Notes: a model not told the origin generated them from the sequence alone. A stretch of 64,000 nt of DNA from Octopus bimaculoides (GCF_001194135.2 NC_068982.1:99885858-99949857), one strand, 5' to 3'; positions 49,276 to 62,409 are shown, counted from the first letter of the stretch. Numbers and translations are program-made.

Positions 49276-49671
49276 TTAAGGTGGTGAATTTGCAGAGTCA
49301 TTAGAGTGCTGGCTGGCTAGAATGTTTTGCAATTTTTGTTGACTCTCTGCACCTTGAGTTCAAATCCCTCTTTGTTCAACTTTGCCTTTCATCCTTTCAG
49401 GGTTGATTAACAAAAAAAAAAAAAAAGTACCAATGGATTGACAGAACTGCTTAGAGGGTCAAATGAGAATGAAATGCCTTGGATATCTGCTCTGCATCTC
49501 TTTGCATTATGTCAATGCTTTATGTCACAACACTGGTACCAAGCTATATCAGCCCAAATCAGTGGCTTTTTCTTTTGGATAAATATTAGTAGTGTGGCTA
49601 AAGGAGACTTATGTATACGAGCAACTGCTAGTCTTTCTCAAAAAAAAATATCAACCATATATTACAAGTTG

Positions 49672-50030
49672 CAGGTGGGGCTGTGTAGTAAGAAGCTTGC
49701 TTCCCAACCACATGGTTCTGGGCTTAGTCCCACTGCATGACACCTTGGTCGAATGTCTTCAGCTATAGACTTGGGCCAACGAAATCCTTGTGAGTGGATT
49801 TGGTAAATGGAAACTGAAACTGAAAGAAGCCTGTTGTATGTATGTATATATAAATACCTTTGTGTGTGTTTATCTTTGTGTCTCTGTTTGTCTCCCACCA
49901 CTGCTTGACAACCGGTTTTGGTCTGTTTATGTCTTTGTAACTCAGCAGTTCAGCAAAGCGACCAATAGAATAAGTACTAGGCTTAAAAAAATAAGTCCAG
50001 GGGTCACTTTGTTTGACTAAAAAATCCTTC
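49672..50030 (+). mobile_element. SINE family B, full length
   Basis: Head, CORE-like domain, internal (TG/TA)n and 3' domain. Confidence 0.85.
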
Positions 50031-50536
50031 ATAGCAGCAATCAAATGTCTGATGCAAGTAGAAAAAGATAAAAAGAAAGATAAAGCCTGCATATATATGT
50101 GCAGATGCATGGGGAACATTGACTGACAGAGACCCTACAATGTATAACCACACTGTTTCAGTATTGAGTGTATATAATACTGCTTAATCTAACAAGCCCT
50201 ATGATTTAACCCCCATCACCAACTTACAAGTTTAAACAATGGCATGAGCCATCAACTCACTCCCTGCGTTTGAAGAATATTTCAACACATTTGAAAATAA
50301 ACACTTTTCATAGATAAGATCTCAGTGACTCAGTTTTATCAAAATTTGTATAAAAATGTTTAGAAATGAATACAGAATAAATATTGTTTAGGGATTGTTT
50401 AAAATAATTTTATTTGCTTGAGAATATTATGTGTTTTTTCTTTAAAATATGGAACTTTGTGAAAAAAATATAAGGGAAAAGCAGAATGTGAAGTATAGTG
50501 AAAAAAGCAGTATAAAGTTTCATTATATGATATATA

Positions 50537-51461
50537 TTGGGTCATCCCATAAATAATGCATTTTTTTCAATTGCATGGACTAAAAGTCAAAGGGGGATGG
50601 TATAAACTACCTGCATCAACTTACTATAAAAGCAGGAAGTAATTTTACTTTGGACTTATTCTTAGTGCAAGTTTTGAAGAGTGCAGTTCAATTTTAACAG
50701 TTATTTTTTCAAAACTATAATGGAAGTGACAAAGGAGCATATTTGGCATATTTTACTTTATGAGTTCGATAAAGGCAACAATGCAATGGAAAGAGCGAGG
50801 AATATTAATATAGTATATGGAGTTCAGACAATAAGCGTAAGCCAGTGTCAACGGTGGTTCCAGAAATTTCCGAGCCAGAAACTACAGCCTAGAAAATGAG
50901 CCTCATTCTGAAAGATCTGTAGAACTCAACAAGAGCGTCCTGCAAACCCTGGTAGAACAAAGTCCCATCATATCTGTTGAGGAACTAGCAGAGAAGCTTG
51001 GATTTGGTCATTCAACTATTCATTGACACCCGCGTGCCATTGGAAAATGACCATCTTTAGTTTCAAGACAAAAGGTGCTCTTCCATCAGGATAATGCTCA
51101 GCCACATACAGCAAGGATGACATTCCAAAGGCTGGAGCAGTTTCAATAGGAAACGATGCCCACTCATCATATTCGCCAGACATTGTCCCATCTGACTATC
51201 ATTTATTCAGCAGTCTTCAAAATCATTTGGACAGAAAAAATATGAATTCTGTAGACAAGGTCAGAACAGTACTGGAGGAGTAATTTTCATCACAGACAAG
51301 GGAGTTTTGGAAGAGAGGCCTTGCAAGTCTACCAGATAAATTGAAGAGCATTGTGGAAAATGAAGGAAAGTACATTTAAGATTAAAAAAGAACTTTGTTT
51401 ATCTTAATTTTGAAAAATAAAGAAGTCTAAAAAAAATTGCATTATTTATGGGATGATCCAA
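50537..51461 (+). mobile_element. Internally deleted mariner with both TIRs
   Basis: TIRs ttgggtcatcccataaataatgca / tgcattatttatgggatgatccaa. Transposase remnants MEVTKEHIWHILLYEFDKGNNA...CQRWFQKF, FHQDNAQPH and PDIVPSDYHLF. Confidence 0.92.
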
Positions 51462-51489
51462 TGCAATAAAAATCACCACCACCTCATTG

Positions 51490-51506
51490 GTGTCATCGTC
51501 ATCATT

Positions 51507-51541
<35 letters not shown>

Positions 51542-51670
51542 TTAACCTTCATGTTCCATGGTGGCATGGGCTTGATGGTTTTACAGGATCCATTGGAGTC
51601 AAGGATTATATTGTGCTCCAGTGTCTGCTTTGGCATGGTTTCTATGGTTGGTTGCCCTTCCTTACGTCAA
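51490..51670 (-). mobile_element. RTE-tail-related repeat
   Basis: (CAT)n followed by tttaaccttcatgttccatggtggcatggg. Confidence 0.55.
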
Positions 51671-52379
51671 TATACACAATAAAAATAAGGAATGCAAACA
51701 AAATATTAAAACAAAAACAAAAACATTAATGCCAAAATTGTTTACCATATCATATCAGGAAAATCAACCATAAATAAGACTGAAAATAATTTACAAGTTC
51801 TTGGCAAGTGCCACAGGCATTAACTGGTTCACATCACTTGTTTAATGTTAAGTAAATCACCAGTTAGCATCCTCACTTAACCTTTTCTGAGACTCATCTT
51901 CAAATACTCTTGACTGCTTTATCACCTGGCTTTTGCCCCTGAATCTCAGTCTCTTCTCACACAAAATTATCTGACCACTGTTTAATTAAGGCAACACACT
52001 TCAAATCTTCTTATTACTAAACAACTATCCCCCATGAATACTCTGGTGTTTCATGATAACTAATCACAGCTCCTCTAGGTCTTGGTAGCAAATGTGTTTC
52101 ACCACTTAGCTTAGATGACATCCAAAAGAAGTTCATTCTACTGATGGGTCAGTTTGCTGCAGCCTCTAACCTAACCACTTTTTTCTGACTTTGTTTTTAT
52201 TGCTGTTACAACAACCTCTTTCCCTCAGAACTAGAAAGTTATGTACCACTGAACTTATACTCACTTAATGCATTCATCTTTTTAATCTTCATCAACTCAG
52301 CTGCACCATACATTTTGCTCAATACTTAATTAAACATAAATAACAGAATCACAACAGTCTAGAAAGTCCTGCAGTTCCT

Positions 52380-52600
52380 TTTGGCATCATCATTTAATGT
52401 CCATTTCTCATGCTGGCATGGGTTGAATGGTTTGATAGGAACTTGTAAGGCCAGTCTGTTTTGGCTTAGTTTCTACAGCTGGATGCCTTTCCTAAAACCA
52501 ACAACTTTACAAAGTGTACTGGGTACTTTTCATGTGGCACCATCACTAGTGCTTTTTTTTATATGGCACCAGCACCAGTACTTTTTACTTGGTACCAGCA
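52380..52600 (-). mobile_element. RTE 3' UTR copy
   Basis: catttaatgtccatttctcatgctggcatggg...tctacagctggatgccttt. Confidence 0.65.
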
Positions 52601-53671
52601 CCTACTCAATATTATAATTTTATCTTTTATGTAGAATATGTGTAGATATTACAGGTTAGTGGGATATGCTCCTGGCAAATGTGTTTACATAGGTTTAAGT
52701 CTAGTTGAACCATTTCACTTCAGTGGCACCCCTTTGCTTTTTAGTCATAATTAATTGTGTGGAAGAGAGTGGTTTGAAGGTTGTGTTCTTTGATTCACTC
52801 TATGAAGAAGAAAATGTCTTCAGAATGAAAATATATAGCAGAGTCAGAATTTGATTTAGTAATGAATTAGTAGTAAATTAGTCTTCATTTTCTTAACTAT
52901 TGTTTCGCTACAAAAGAAGTTAAAAGGTGGGTACAAATCCAATGGGAAAACCTGAAGGTTAACTAAACTCACCTGTAATGTAAAGACATAACACTACTTC
53001 ACATATCTTGTTCCTTTCATCAGTACAGCACCTACTCATTTGTTTTATGTATCTACACTGCTATTTTGATAGCATTCTTGCCAAACTAAATGGAATGTCA
53101 GATTACCTAAGCAAAAGTATCACTAAACTCAATTCTCTACCCAACCAATGAACATTGTATTTATTGTTAGAACAAATATTCCTCTTCGTTGAAAACTGTC
53201 ACAAACATGTGTGTAAATGCAACATGATAATTTAGTCTAAATTTTATTACACTGTCAACCTTTCCTTCAGCTTATAATATACCTAACTCTTCTGACTGAG
53301 CCAAAAATCATAAAGTCATTTAGCAACAGAGCTCTTTTAAAGCAATTATGGTTAATGTCACTTTAACCCATCCTCATTTCCTACAGACAACACTTACCAC
53401 CATTTCAGCACCCTAATTTTTCTATTTTTTATCCTGAATTCTTCACATGCAAAATGCCTGTAAAACTAACTGCTAAACTAGACACTGACTTTTTTACCGA
53501 GCTCTTTCGTACAATTGTCACCTGGAACTAATTACACTTACAAACTCTTATATTTTCTGATCAGCATTTATCAAAGCTATATTTATTTTGCTAACAGCAG
53601 CCAAAACCCAGTGCTTACTTACTTGTTCCCTGTTCTTGTCACTTTAATTGAGAAGATTTTTATAATAAGCA

Positions 53672-53824
53672 GAGGCATGGCTGTGTGGTTAAGAAGCTTA
53701 ATTCCCTACCATTTGGTCTTTGGTTCAGTCTCATTTCACAGCACCTTGAGCAAGTATCTTCTGCTTTAGCCCCAGACTGGTCAAAACCTTGTGGGTGGAT
53801 TTCAGAGACAGAAACTGAAAGAAA

Positions 53825-53881
<57 letters not shown>
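53672..53881 (+). mobile_element. SINE family B 5' half ending in (GT)n
   Basis: ggcatggctgtgtggttaagaag...caccttgagcaagtatcttc. Confidence 0.75.
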
Positions 53882-53884
<3 letters not shown>

Positions 53885-54529
53885 CATGTGCCCTTATCTT
53901 GACATCACATGATGGTTGTAAATGAGCATCATCAACATACAAACAAGATTGTCCATTTCCAGTCTTTGTGTGAAAAACATGTCAGGGCCATGGGGGAATA
54001 TTGCCTAGCTTGGAAATTGATGAGGATTGGCAACTGGAAGGAAATCTGTCTGTAGAAAATTTGCATTGACAAATTTTATCTGAGCCAGGCAAGCATAAAA
54101 AAGTGGACATGAAATGAAATGAAATGACGACATCAACAATCAAAGTGGTGGTGACAACGACGATGATGAGGAGGACGAGGAAGAAAAAATATTTCAGTTA
54201 ATTGACAAATACAGTTGTCAGATACGGAATAGTAACAATGACACTGCATTTAAAACAAAACTTCTGAGATGAAATCTTGACAGAGAATTTGAATGTATGG
54301 AGAAATAGTATTCCTGAAAATGATTGCAGATTATATTAATCAGAATAAGGTACAGAAAATAGGAATATAATGAGATTAATTTGCTGGAAAACGTAAATTA
54401 TTAAAAATGTCTCTTTTAATTATTTCATTATTTTGCTACTACTATATGCCACATTAAGGAATGCATTCCCTCTGGGTAGCTAAGTTAGACATTGTCTACC
54501 CTGACTAAAACTATTAATATAAATATTAA

Positions 54530-54990
54530 TTATTGGTTTCAAATTTTGACACAAAGCCAGCAATTGTGAGTGAGATAGGACCAGTCAACTGCATCAACCC
54601 CAGTACTCAGCTGTACCCTCAAAAGGATGAAAGATAAGTCAATCCTTTAGTGTCATCTGAACACAGAACATAAAGTCAGGAGAAATGCTGCTGAGCATTT
54701 TGTCCAGCACAGTAATGGTTCTTATTTCTTTATTGCCCACAAGGGGCTAAACATAGAGGGCACAAACAAGGACAGACAAAGGTATTACGTCAATTACATC
54801 GACCCCAGTGTGTAACTGGTACTTTATTTATCGACCCTGAAAGAATGAAAGGCAAAGTTGACCTCGGTGGAATTTGAACTCAGAACGTAACGGCAGACGA
54901 AATATCGCTAAACATTTCAGCCGGCGTGCTAACGATTCTGCCAGCTCGCCACCCTTGCAGCACCATAATGGTTCTGCCAGCTCACCATCT
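54530..54990 (-). mobile_element. Nested SINE family A copies
   Basis: An older copy (54535-54720) and a younger CpG-rich copy (54720-54955) in the same orientation, with an extra head fragment at ~54965-54990. Confidence 0.8.
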
Positions 54991-56589
54991 TCAATATAAA
55001 TATTAATTATTTGCAATAAAATGTAGATGGTTTTCAATCCCTTATAAAAATGTTAATTTAATGCATGAAATTCAGTAAAAATTCAGTAAATAGTCACTGT
55101 TTTGATGTTAGAGAAGCACAATTTTTTGATGCTTTCAATATATGATCATTATCTTTGACATGGGTTGACAGTTCAACTGGATCCAGTGAGCCAGAGGACT
55201 GCATTGGATTCCAGTGTTTGCTTTGGCATAATTTCTGCAGATGGGGGTTCCCTTCCTAATGCAAACTAATTTACAGCATGTACAGGGTGCTTTTCCGTGG
55301 TATTAGCACTCATCATAGTCATACTTTCTCCCTTATTTGCTAGGGTAGCCATGTATCTCTTGTACAAGTCACTTGTTCCTGTCCCCCTATCATACTTTAG
55401 CCTCTCAATGCCAGATACAAAGCCACCTTCCCCTCTACTACAATCCAACTCAGTTGAGGGGACATTTTCTTTGTTTTGTGAGTTACCTGATGACCTCACT
55501 AGTGCTGGTGTCATGTAAAACTACCTAAAAAGTGGTTAGTATTAGGAAGGGAATTCAGCTATAAGAAACCGCAGCAAGTCAGACATCAGAGTTTGACACA
55601 ATCCTTCAGCTCGCTGGATCCTGTAAAATTGTCTGACCCATACCAACATTGAAGGCAAACATTAAATGATAATGATGATGATGATATTTAATTATTTGCA
55701 AATATATAATACTATTCAAATTATATAGCCTGGGTGAGCCTCTAAAATTCATACAGTGTAATAAAGTCAGAATAATTTCTACCTTTAGTTCTGTGTAATT
55801 ACAGAGTAAGGAATGCACACATGAATAATAATGTCACTGCTTGTAGCTCAGTGGTTTTTGAAGAAAAGCAAATGTAAACAAATCCACAAAATCACACTCA
55901 TAGTGGAGGAGGAGGAGGAGGAGGAGATAGGCACAGAGCTTTACCTGTGCCTAAGCTATTAAAAAACTGCATTTTATTTTGTGCTTCGATTCATCTAGAA
56001 CTTTGAGAAGAGATTCTAGAATAGTTCATGCAGAAGACTGGTACCCTATTTAAAATTGAGTTGTAACTCTTATCCTCTGAATGCCACAATATGATAGTTA
56101 AAACACTCAACCTTTCCAAATATTTAGTGATTAGGAAACATGATTAGTTTATTTATAACCCAGCAGATGGATGGCTGAAATGGTTGACACCTCTCTTTTG
56201 CAATATTTTCTTCATATCCCCATAGGAAAAGAATTTTCCTATTTTTAAAATTCAACAAGGCACATTGCAGCAGCGGGAAAGAAGATATGGAAAAAATTAA
56301 TTGATATTACTACCAAGAATGTGGTAGAGGTGGTCCTTGGCATCATGACAGCAGTAAAAATTAGCAAATATATAAAAAAAAAAAATTACTTATAGGAACT
56401 CATTCCTGTTAAAGTGTATGTTAATAGTTTCCAGTAAACAAATATGTAAGTTTCAATATCAAACAACTCAGCACTGATAAGGATTAACAATCTTAACCGA
56501 AACTTTTATATCATAGCAGACCGTAACTAAATTATAATAATGTGATAGCTTGAATGATTTTAAAGCTTAATGGTCTTAAATGGAATTTT

Positions 56590-56608
56590 TAATTTTATCA
56601 TCATCATC

Positions 56609-56677
<69 letters not shown>
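56590..56677. repeat. (ATT)n microsatellite, representative of many (also 37105-37185, 37595-37666, 39720-39800, 57180-57231)
   Basis: Visible directly. Confidence 0.95.
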
Positions 56678-56678
<1 letters not shown>

Positions 56679-57179
56679 GAGTCAGAGAGCAAGCCCAGTA
56701 TATCCATCATGACTACCTGTCTGATAAGGGAACACCTGGCACATGCATCACAGCCATATGTGCATGACATGGTGATCTCATATCAAGATTAACAGCACAT
56801 GACCTTGCAGGTACAACCCAATTAGAATTTTCTTCAGGTCAAGTAGCCCATTCTGCTCAAAAGGTCCCTGAATAAGGGTTGTTTAAGGATGTTGAATGAA
56901 ACACCCATGTTTCCAGAGGTGAATTATCCAACCCCCAAAGAATTCCGCTCAGCACATGGCTATGATGCTCCCTCACTACTTCTACTCATGATCAGAGATG
57001 CACATATCGTCAGCCACTAAGGGACATGCTCAACTGGTTAAGGTCAAGCAACTGACAAGCAAATCTGTGGTATGGAGCAGAATATTTGCTGTATTCCATC
57101 TTTAATGTACATGTTAACACTTCCACTCAGTTAAGATGAAAAGCCTTGAAAGCCACTGCTTGGTACTGTATCAGGGCAT
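56678..57179 (-). mobile_element. ~500-bp non-coding element flanked on both sides by TAA repeats
   Basis: Three copies in the window, with no ORF and no tRNA boxes seen. On its sense strand it ends in (AAT)n like the R4/Dong copies. Confidence 0.7.
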
Positions 57180-57200
57180 TTATTATTATTATTATTATTA

Positions 57201-57231
<31 letters not shown>

Positions 57232-57500
57232 AGACGGCGCACAGTATACAATATCATGAGGCTGTTTATTGAAGATATTGTGTCTAGTGGGGGTTTGTGC
57301 TGTTTGTCAAGTTACAACAAGGATCTCAGACTGACAGTACTTTATGCAATATGCTTGCAGTTCCAAGTGATGCCGACTTTTGCAATACATCTAGACTGTA
57401 GGGTATCTCTAAGGTTTACAGATGTTTTTTTTTCAGATTGGGTGGTATTGAACCCAATGCTCCGATGATAATAGGGATAACCCTTATGTTTGACTCAATC
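57232..57500 (-). mobile_element. R4/Dong-like RLE retrotransposon 3' end, second family
   Basis: The minus strand reads VIPIIIGALGSIPPNLKK../LQKSASLGTASILHKVLSV*; the 3' end abuts (AAT)n. Confidence 0.75.
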
Positions 57501-57509
57501 ATTATTATT

Positions 57510-57715
57510 ATTCTAAGGTGACAAGCTGGCAGAATGATTAGCACACCAGACAAAATGCTTAGAGGCATTTTGCTCGCCTTTACAATCTGAGTTCAAATTC
57601 TGCCGAGGTTGACTTATCCTTTCGAGATCAATAAATTAAGTACCACTGGGGTCGATGTAATTGACTAGTTCTCTCCCCTCAAATTTGAAGCCTTGTGCCT
57701 TTAGTAGAAATGATT
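57510..57715 (+). mobile_element. SINE family A copy
   Basis: aaggtgacaagctggcagaat...gagttcaaattctgccgaggttgac...gccttgtgcctttagtagaaatgattatt. Confidence 0.85.
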
Positions 57716-57727
57716 ATTATTATTATT

Positions 57728-58965
57728 GACTTTGCACAAGTCAAATGCTAGAGATGTACTACGGTGCCAGCTGTTCATTACCAGTGAACTAAGGTAACAC
57801 CTCTTATTTTTCGAGCATTTTCCGGAGTATTCGAGCAGTTCCAAGCAGTACTGTTTTCTGCAAGTGCTCCACCGTTATTGCAGCCCCTATTTGTTCCATG
57901 TACTTCTCAAGAGTTTTACTCACTGTTCCTAGGGCTCTGACAATTATTGGTACTACTACCACCTTTTTCATCGACCACAACCTCCCAAGCTAACCTGTCA
58001 TATCTATCAACTTTTCTTTTTTCCTTATTGCATACCTTGTTGTCAGCTGGGCATGGTATATCTATGATCCAACCTAGTTTGCTTTCTTTCTCAATTAAGA
58101 CTATGTCTGGTTTCCTATTCTCTATCTCGTGGTTGCACTGAATCATAAAATCCCATAGGATCTTTGCATTATCATTTTCATACCAATTTTTTGCTCTGTG
58201 AAGTCCATACTTGTTGCAAAGTGTCCAATGGACAAGCCTTGCTATATTGTCGTGGCATTTCTTATATTCCTTCTGGGCTAGTGGTGTACATTGGCTGGTA
58301 ATATGCTTTACAGTTTCACCATTTTGACCACAGATTCTGCACTTATCACTTTCTGATGTGCTGTCTATTCTGTATTTTATGTAGTTTGTTCTTAGTGCTT
58401 GCTCTTGGGCAGCACAGATTAGAGCCTCCGTTTCCGGTTTTGAATCACTTTTAGCCATCCACAGCCTGTCTCTCTTATCTTCAACAGCCCTATGAAATTG
58501 TCAATGCATTCTTTTCTTTACCCACCTATTTTCAGTTTCATCCATTTTCAATTTCTTGTACAGTGCTTTATCTTTGCAATTTTTCATCCTACACAAGCCC
58601 GACCTTCTTACTTCTAATAATAGCGGTTCTGTGGCATTTTTTACATACCATGCCATGTTGTTTTCTTCTGCTTTAATGCTGTGTTCCAATAAGTCCTCTT
58701 CCCCCTCATTCTCTTGGTAGATATAGTCTGTCTATATCACTTTTTGGGTGGAATGCCCCATATCTAGTTATCAACTTCCTTGTCTTACTGTCTAAGCTGT
58801 TTAGTTCATCTACTGTCCATGCTATTACCCCTGTTCCATATCTAAGGAGTGAAACCAGCCAGGTGTTGATAGCTTCGATCTTATTCTATCCGTTTAATTC
58901 CGAATTAAGGATCAGTCTCAGTCTGCGCAAGTACTCCACCTTAAATTTTTCTGTCATTTCTTTCT
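57728..58965 (-). mobile_element. 5'-truncated R4/Dong-clade non-LTR retrotransposon (thumb, CCHC knuckle, restriction-like endonuclease), disrupted
   Basis: HPKSDIDRLYLPRE*GGRGL; ORF 57916-58458 contains CRICGQNGETVKHITSQC (CCHC), KCHD, KPDIVL and IIDIPCP (PD-(D/E)xK RLE). The 3' end abuts (AAT)n. Confidence 0.9.
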
Positions 58966-59457
58966 CTAGAGAGAGAATAAATGGCTCTGGTACTTGAATG
59001 GTACTTTATCTATTGAACCCCCAAAAGGATGAAACACACAAAGTGAACCTCAACAGGATTTGAACTCAAAGTACAGAGAGACTGAATAACTACCACAGAA
59101 AAATTAAGGCATTCAATTCAACATTCTGACAACTCTGTCAATTCACCAAATTCATATTTGAGTATTATTGTACTTTAATGTTATACATATATAAGTGTAA
59201 CAGTTATCCAGAATGTATGTCGATGTAGCTTCATATATTTATCAAATGTTATGCGTGAAATCTGACTATATAGTATTATAATGTCATTCATTATACAAGA
59301 CTACTTATTATGCTTAATAGAGTATAACTAGTATATTACATTAAGCACCAGGAGTTTAATTGTGGTGTCATTGTGAAGTGTTTTGTTGAGAGACTCTCAA
59401 CTAAATCAAGAGGATATGTACTTGTTTAAATAAATGTAGTTACCGTGGGGAAAGGAA

Positions 59458-59853
59458 GATTTGCTTGTCAGTTGTTTGACCTTAACCAGTTGAGCTTGTC
59501 CCATAGTGGCTGATCATGAGCAGAAGTAGTGGGGGAGTATCATAACTATGTGTTGAGAGGAATTCTTTGGGGTTTGAATAATTCGCCTCTGGAAACGTGT
59601 GTTTAATTCAACATCTTTAAACAACTCTTATTCAGGGACCTTTTGAGCAGGAGGGACTCCTCAACCTGAAGAAAATTCAAACTGGGCCCCACCTGCAAGG
59701 TCATGCACTGTTAATCTTGATATGAGATCACCATGTCACACACATATGGCTGTGATGCATGTACCTTATCAGACAAGTGGTCATGATGAGTATACTGGGC
59801 TTTGTATATTTTACCCCAGTGTCACTTTGATGGGATGTACTGGTCTCTCACTC
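59458..59853 (+). mobile_element. Non-coding (AAT)n-tailed element copy
   Basis: Reverse complement of most of 56678-57179; ends ctcactc-aataataataat. Confidence 0.75.
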
Positions 59854-59875
59854 AATAATAATAATGATAATAATA

Positions 59876-59910
<35 letters not shown>

Positions 59911-59914
59911 AATA

Positions 59915-60345
59915 ATTCTTTCTACTATAGGCACAAGGCCTGAATTTGTGGGAGGGGGATAGTTGATTACATTGACCCCAGTGTTTCACTGGTAGTTAAT
60001 TTATTGGCTCTTGAAGGATCAAAGGCAAAGTTGACCCCAGTGGAATTTGAACTCAGAACAGGCAAACAGACGAAATGCCACAGAGCATTTTGCCCGGCAT
60101 GCTAACAATTCTGCCAGCTCACTGCCTAAATAATGAAGGTTTCAAATTTTGGCACAAGGCCAGCAGTTTTGGAAGAGTAACCAAGTCAATTAAACCGACC
60201 ATAGTGCTCAACTGGTACTATTTATCAACCCCAAAAGGATGAAAGTCAGCCTCAGCAGTATTTGAACACAGGACATAAAGACGAACAAAATGGCACTAAG
60301 CATTTTTCTCAGTGTGCTTATGATTCTGCCAGCTCACCACTTTAA
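59915..60345 (-). mobile_element. Tandem SINE family A copies
   Basis: Two consecutive reverse-complement copies. Confidence 0.8.
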
Positions 60346-60364
60346 TGATAACAATAATTGATGC

Positions 60365-60770
60365 TGAGACCAGACATTGTTGTAGTGAATAAAAGGAAGA
60401 AGTAAACCAAGACTATAGATATTGCCACACCTGAGGATGCATACATGACAAAGAGTTGGAGAAGATGGAAAAATACAAGTTACTAAAAGGTGAAATTGCA
60501 AGAATGTGGGCAATGAAAAAAGTAACTGTCATCCCAATAGCTGTAGGGGCACTCAGAGCACTATCAACCAAGTTTAAGAAATATGTTGGTCAGAAGAACA
60601 TGCTCAAAAAACTGCTCTCTTGGTGGCAGCAAGGATTTTGAGATTGGTACTTGGGTGCCATAGAAAGAGATCCTGTGAGACCTTTGATATCAGGTTGCTG
60701 TCTACTCTTACAGAATTAACTGGAGCAAATAAAATTGAGAGCTCTGAGAAGTAAAATACAAAGAAAAATG
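60365..60770 (+). mobile_element. Decayed R4/Dong-like RLE C-terminus
   Basis: RPDIVVVN..TIDIATP..KELEKMEKYKLLKGEIARMWAMKKVTVIPIAVGAL. Confidence 0.8.
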
Positions 60771-61189
60771 ATGATGATGACGATGGTGATGGTGGTGGTG
60801 TTTACTCCCATCGATTTCATTGTATGACTGTTCATAGGAGAGGATTTAAAACAAAAAGTTTAAAAATAAAAGAAGTTGCATCTATTTGCGATGGATGTGT
60901 GAATGTAATTTGAGTCCAGGTATGAATTTTGCTATGAAGTCACAGTGAGGACACTGATGATTTTAATTTTGCCTGGGATTGGACAAATGTGTCCATTTAT
61001 TGCTGGATATAATTCTTTTATTATTTTGTTTCTTCAATTCAAATTGTTTTGATGCATTATGGCATATTTTATGTCATGCAGATCAATTTAGTCAATGACC
61101 TGCCCAAGATGTCAAATTAAGCTATAGAGATTTTAGTGATTGCTTCAAGTTATCCTTACACCAAAGGACAGGTCTTCCTTTATTACAGT

Positions 61190-61450
61190 ATCCCTCTACT
61201 TGGCCACACAAAAGAATGTCCTACCTATCTATACTGAATTCTCAGCAACATGATTTGGATACTGGAGATATCACATTTTTCTGGGATTTTGATATTCAGT
61301 ATCTTATCTTGCCATTTCATGTTGCAGATATTGTGCAGACAGCACATATGAAAGATTTCAAGTTTCTTTATATGTCTGCAATTGGGAGTCCATGCTTCTG
61401 CCCCATTACAAAAGTGTGCCCAAAATACAAGATTTGTATATACTTATTTT
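61190..61450 (-). mobile_element. RTE (BovB-like) LINE fragment
   Basis: The minus strand reads FHMCCLHNICNMKWQDKILN, a typical RTE post-RT motif. Confidence 0.65.
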
Positions 61451-61519
61451 AGTTTCCAGACTGACACCCTTGATCATCCCACAGATGATGGGAAGATTTT
61501 CTAACAGTACTTGTGATAA

Positions 61520-61790
61520 TAATATTAGTAATGGTTTCAAATTTTGGCATATGGCCAGAAATTTCAGGGGTTGGGCAAGTTGATTAATTTCAACACCAGT
61601 ACTCAACTGCTGCTTATTTTATCAACCCCAAAAGTATGAAAAGCAAAATTGACCTTGGCAGAATTTGAACTCAGAATATAAAGACAAAATGCTAAGCATT
61701 TTGTCCAGCATGCTAACAATTCCACCAGCTTCTCACCTTTAATAATAATAATAATAATGGTTTCTAATGTTGGCACAAGGCCAGCAATTT
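61520..61790 (-). mobile_element. SINE family A copies
   Basis: A full reverse-complement copy plus a second tail fragment. Confidence 0.8.
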
Positions 61791-61989
61791 TAAATAATAA
61801 AAAAACGATTAACCTACGTACCATGGTTTCACCTGTTAAAATTTACTTAAGTAAATATCTGCAGGCTCATCAGCGTAGTCTGTCGATTTAAAATATAATT
61901 TCCAGAATTTTCTTTTCGTGGTTAGATGATACGGCATCTATTTCTAGCATATAGGAGTCCACTTTTGCTGGTCATTCCTCTTATTTTTG

Positions 61990-62042
<53 letters not shown>

Positions 62043-62063
62043 ATATATGTATATATGTGTGTA

Positions 62064-62277
62064 CAAGGGGGTACTGAAAAGTTCCTGGTTTTAGGTAAAA
62101 GAAAATACAGGAGGATCAGTTAATTATGATTTTATTCAACATATTTCCCTGTCAGATTCGTACACTTATTGCAGTGGTCCTTCAGTTTTCTAATCCTTGT
62201 AAAAGAATGTGGAAGTTTGGGCCTCCAGCAAGGCCTTTCACAATACCCTAAAAGTCAGGAACTTTTCATCACCCAAC
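62064..62277. mobile_element. Mariner-derived MITE
   Basis: TA-caagggggtactgaaaagttcctgg ... tcaggaacttttcatcacccaa terminal inverted repeats; about 215 bp. Confidence 0.65.
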
Positions 62278-62409
62278 CATTTGTGTGTATGTATACATGT
62301 ACACACAAATATACACATATGCCTAAGATATCAAAATGTTTACATCATTATAGCTGATGTAATTTGAAGCATGTCAGTCATGTCTTGTCTCTGGTTTCTN
62401 NNNNNNNNN

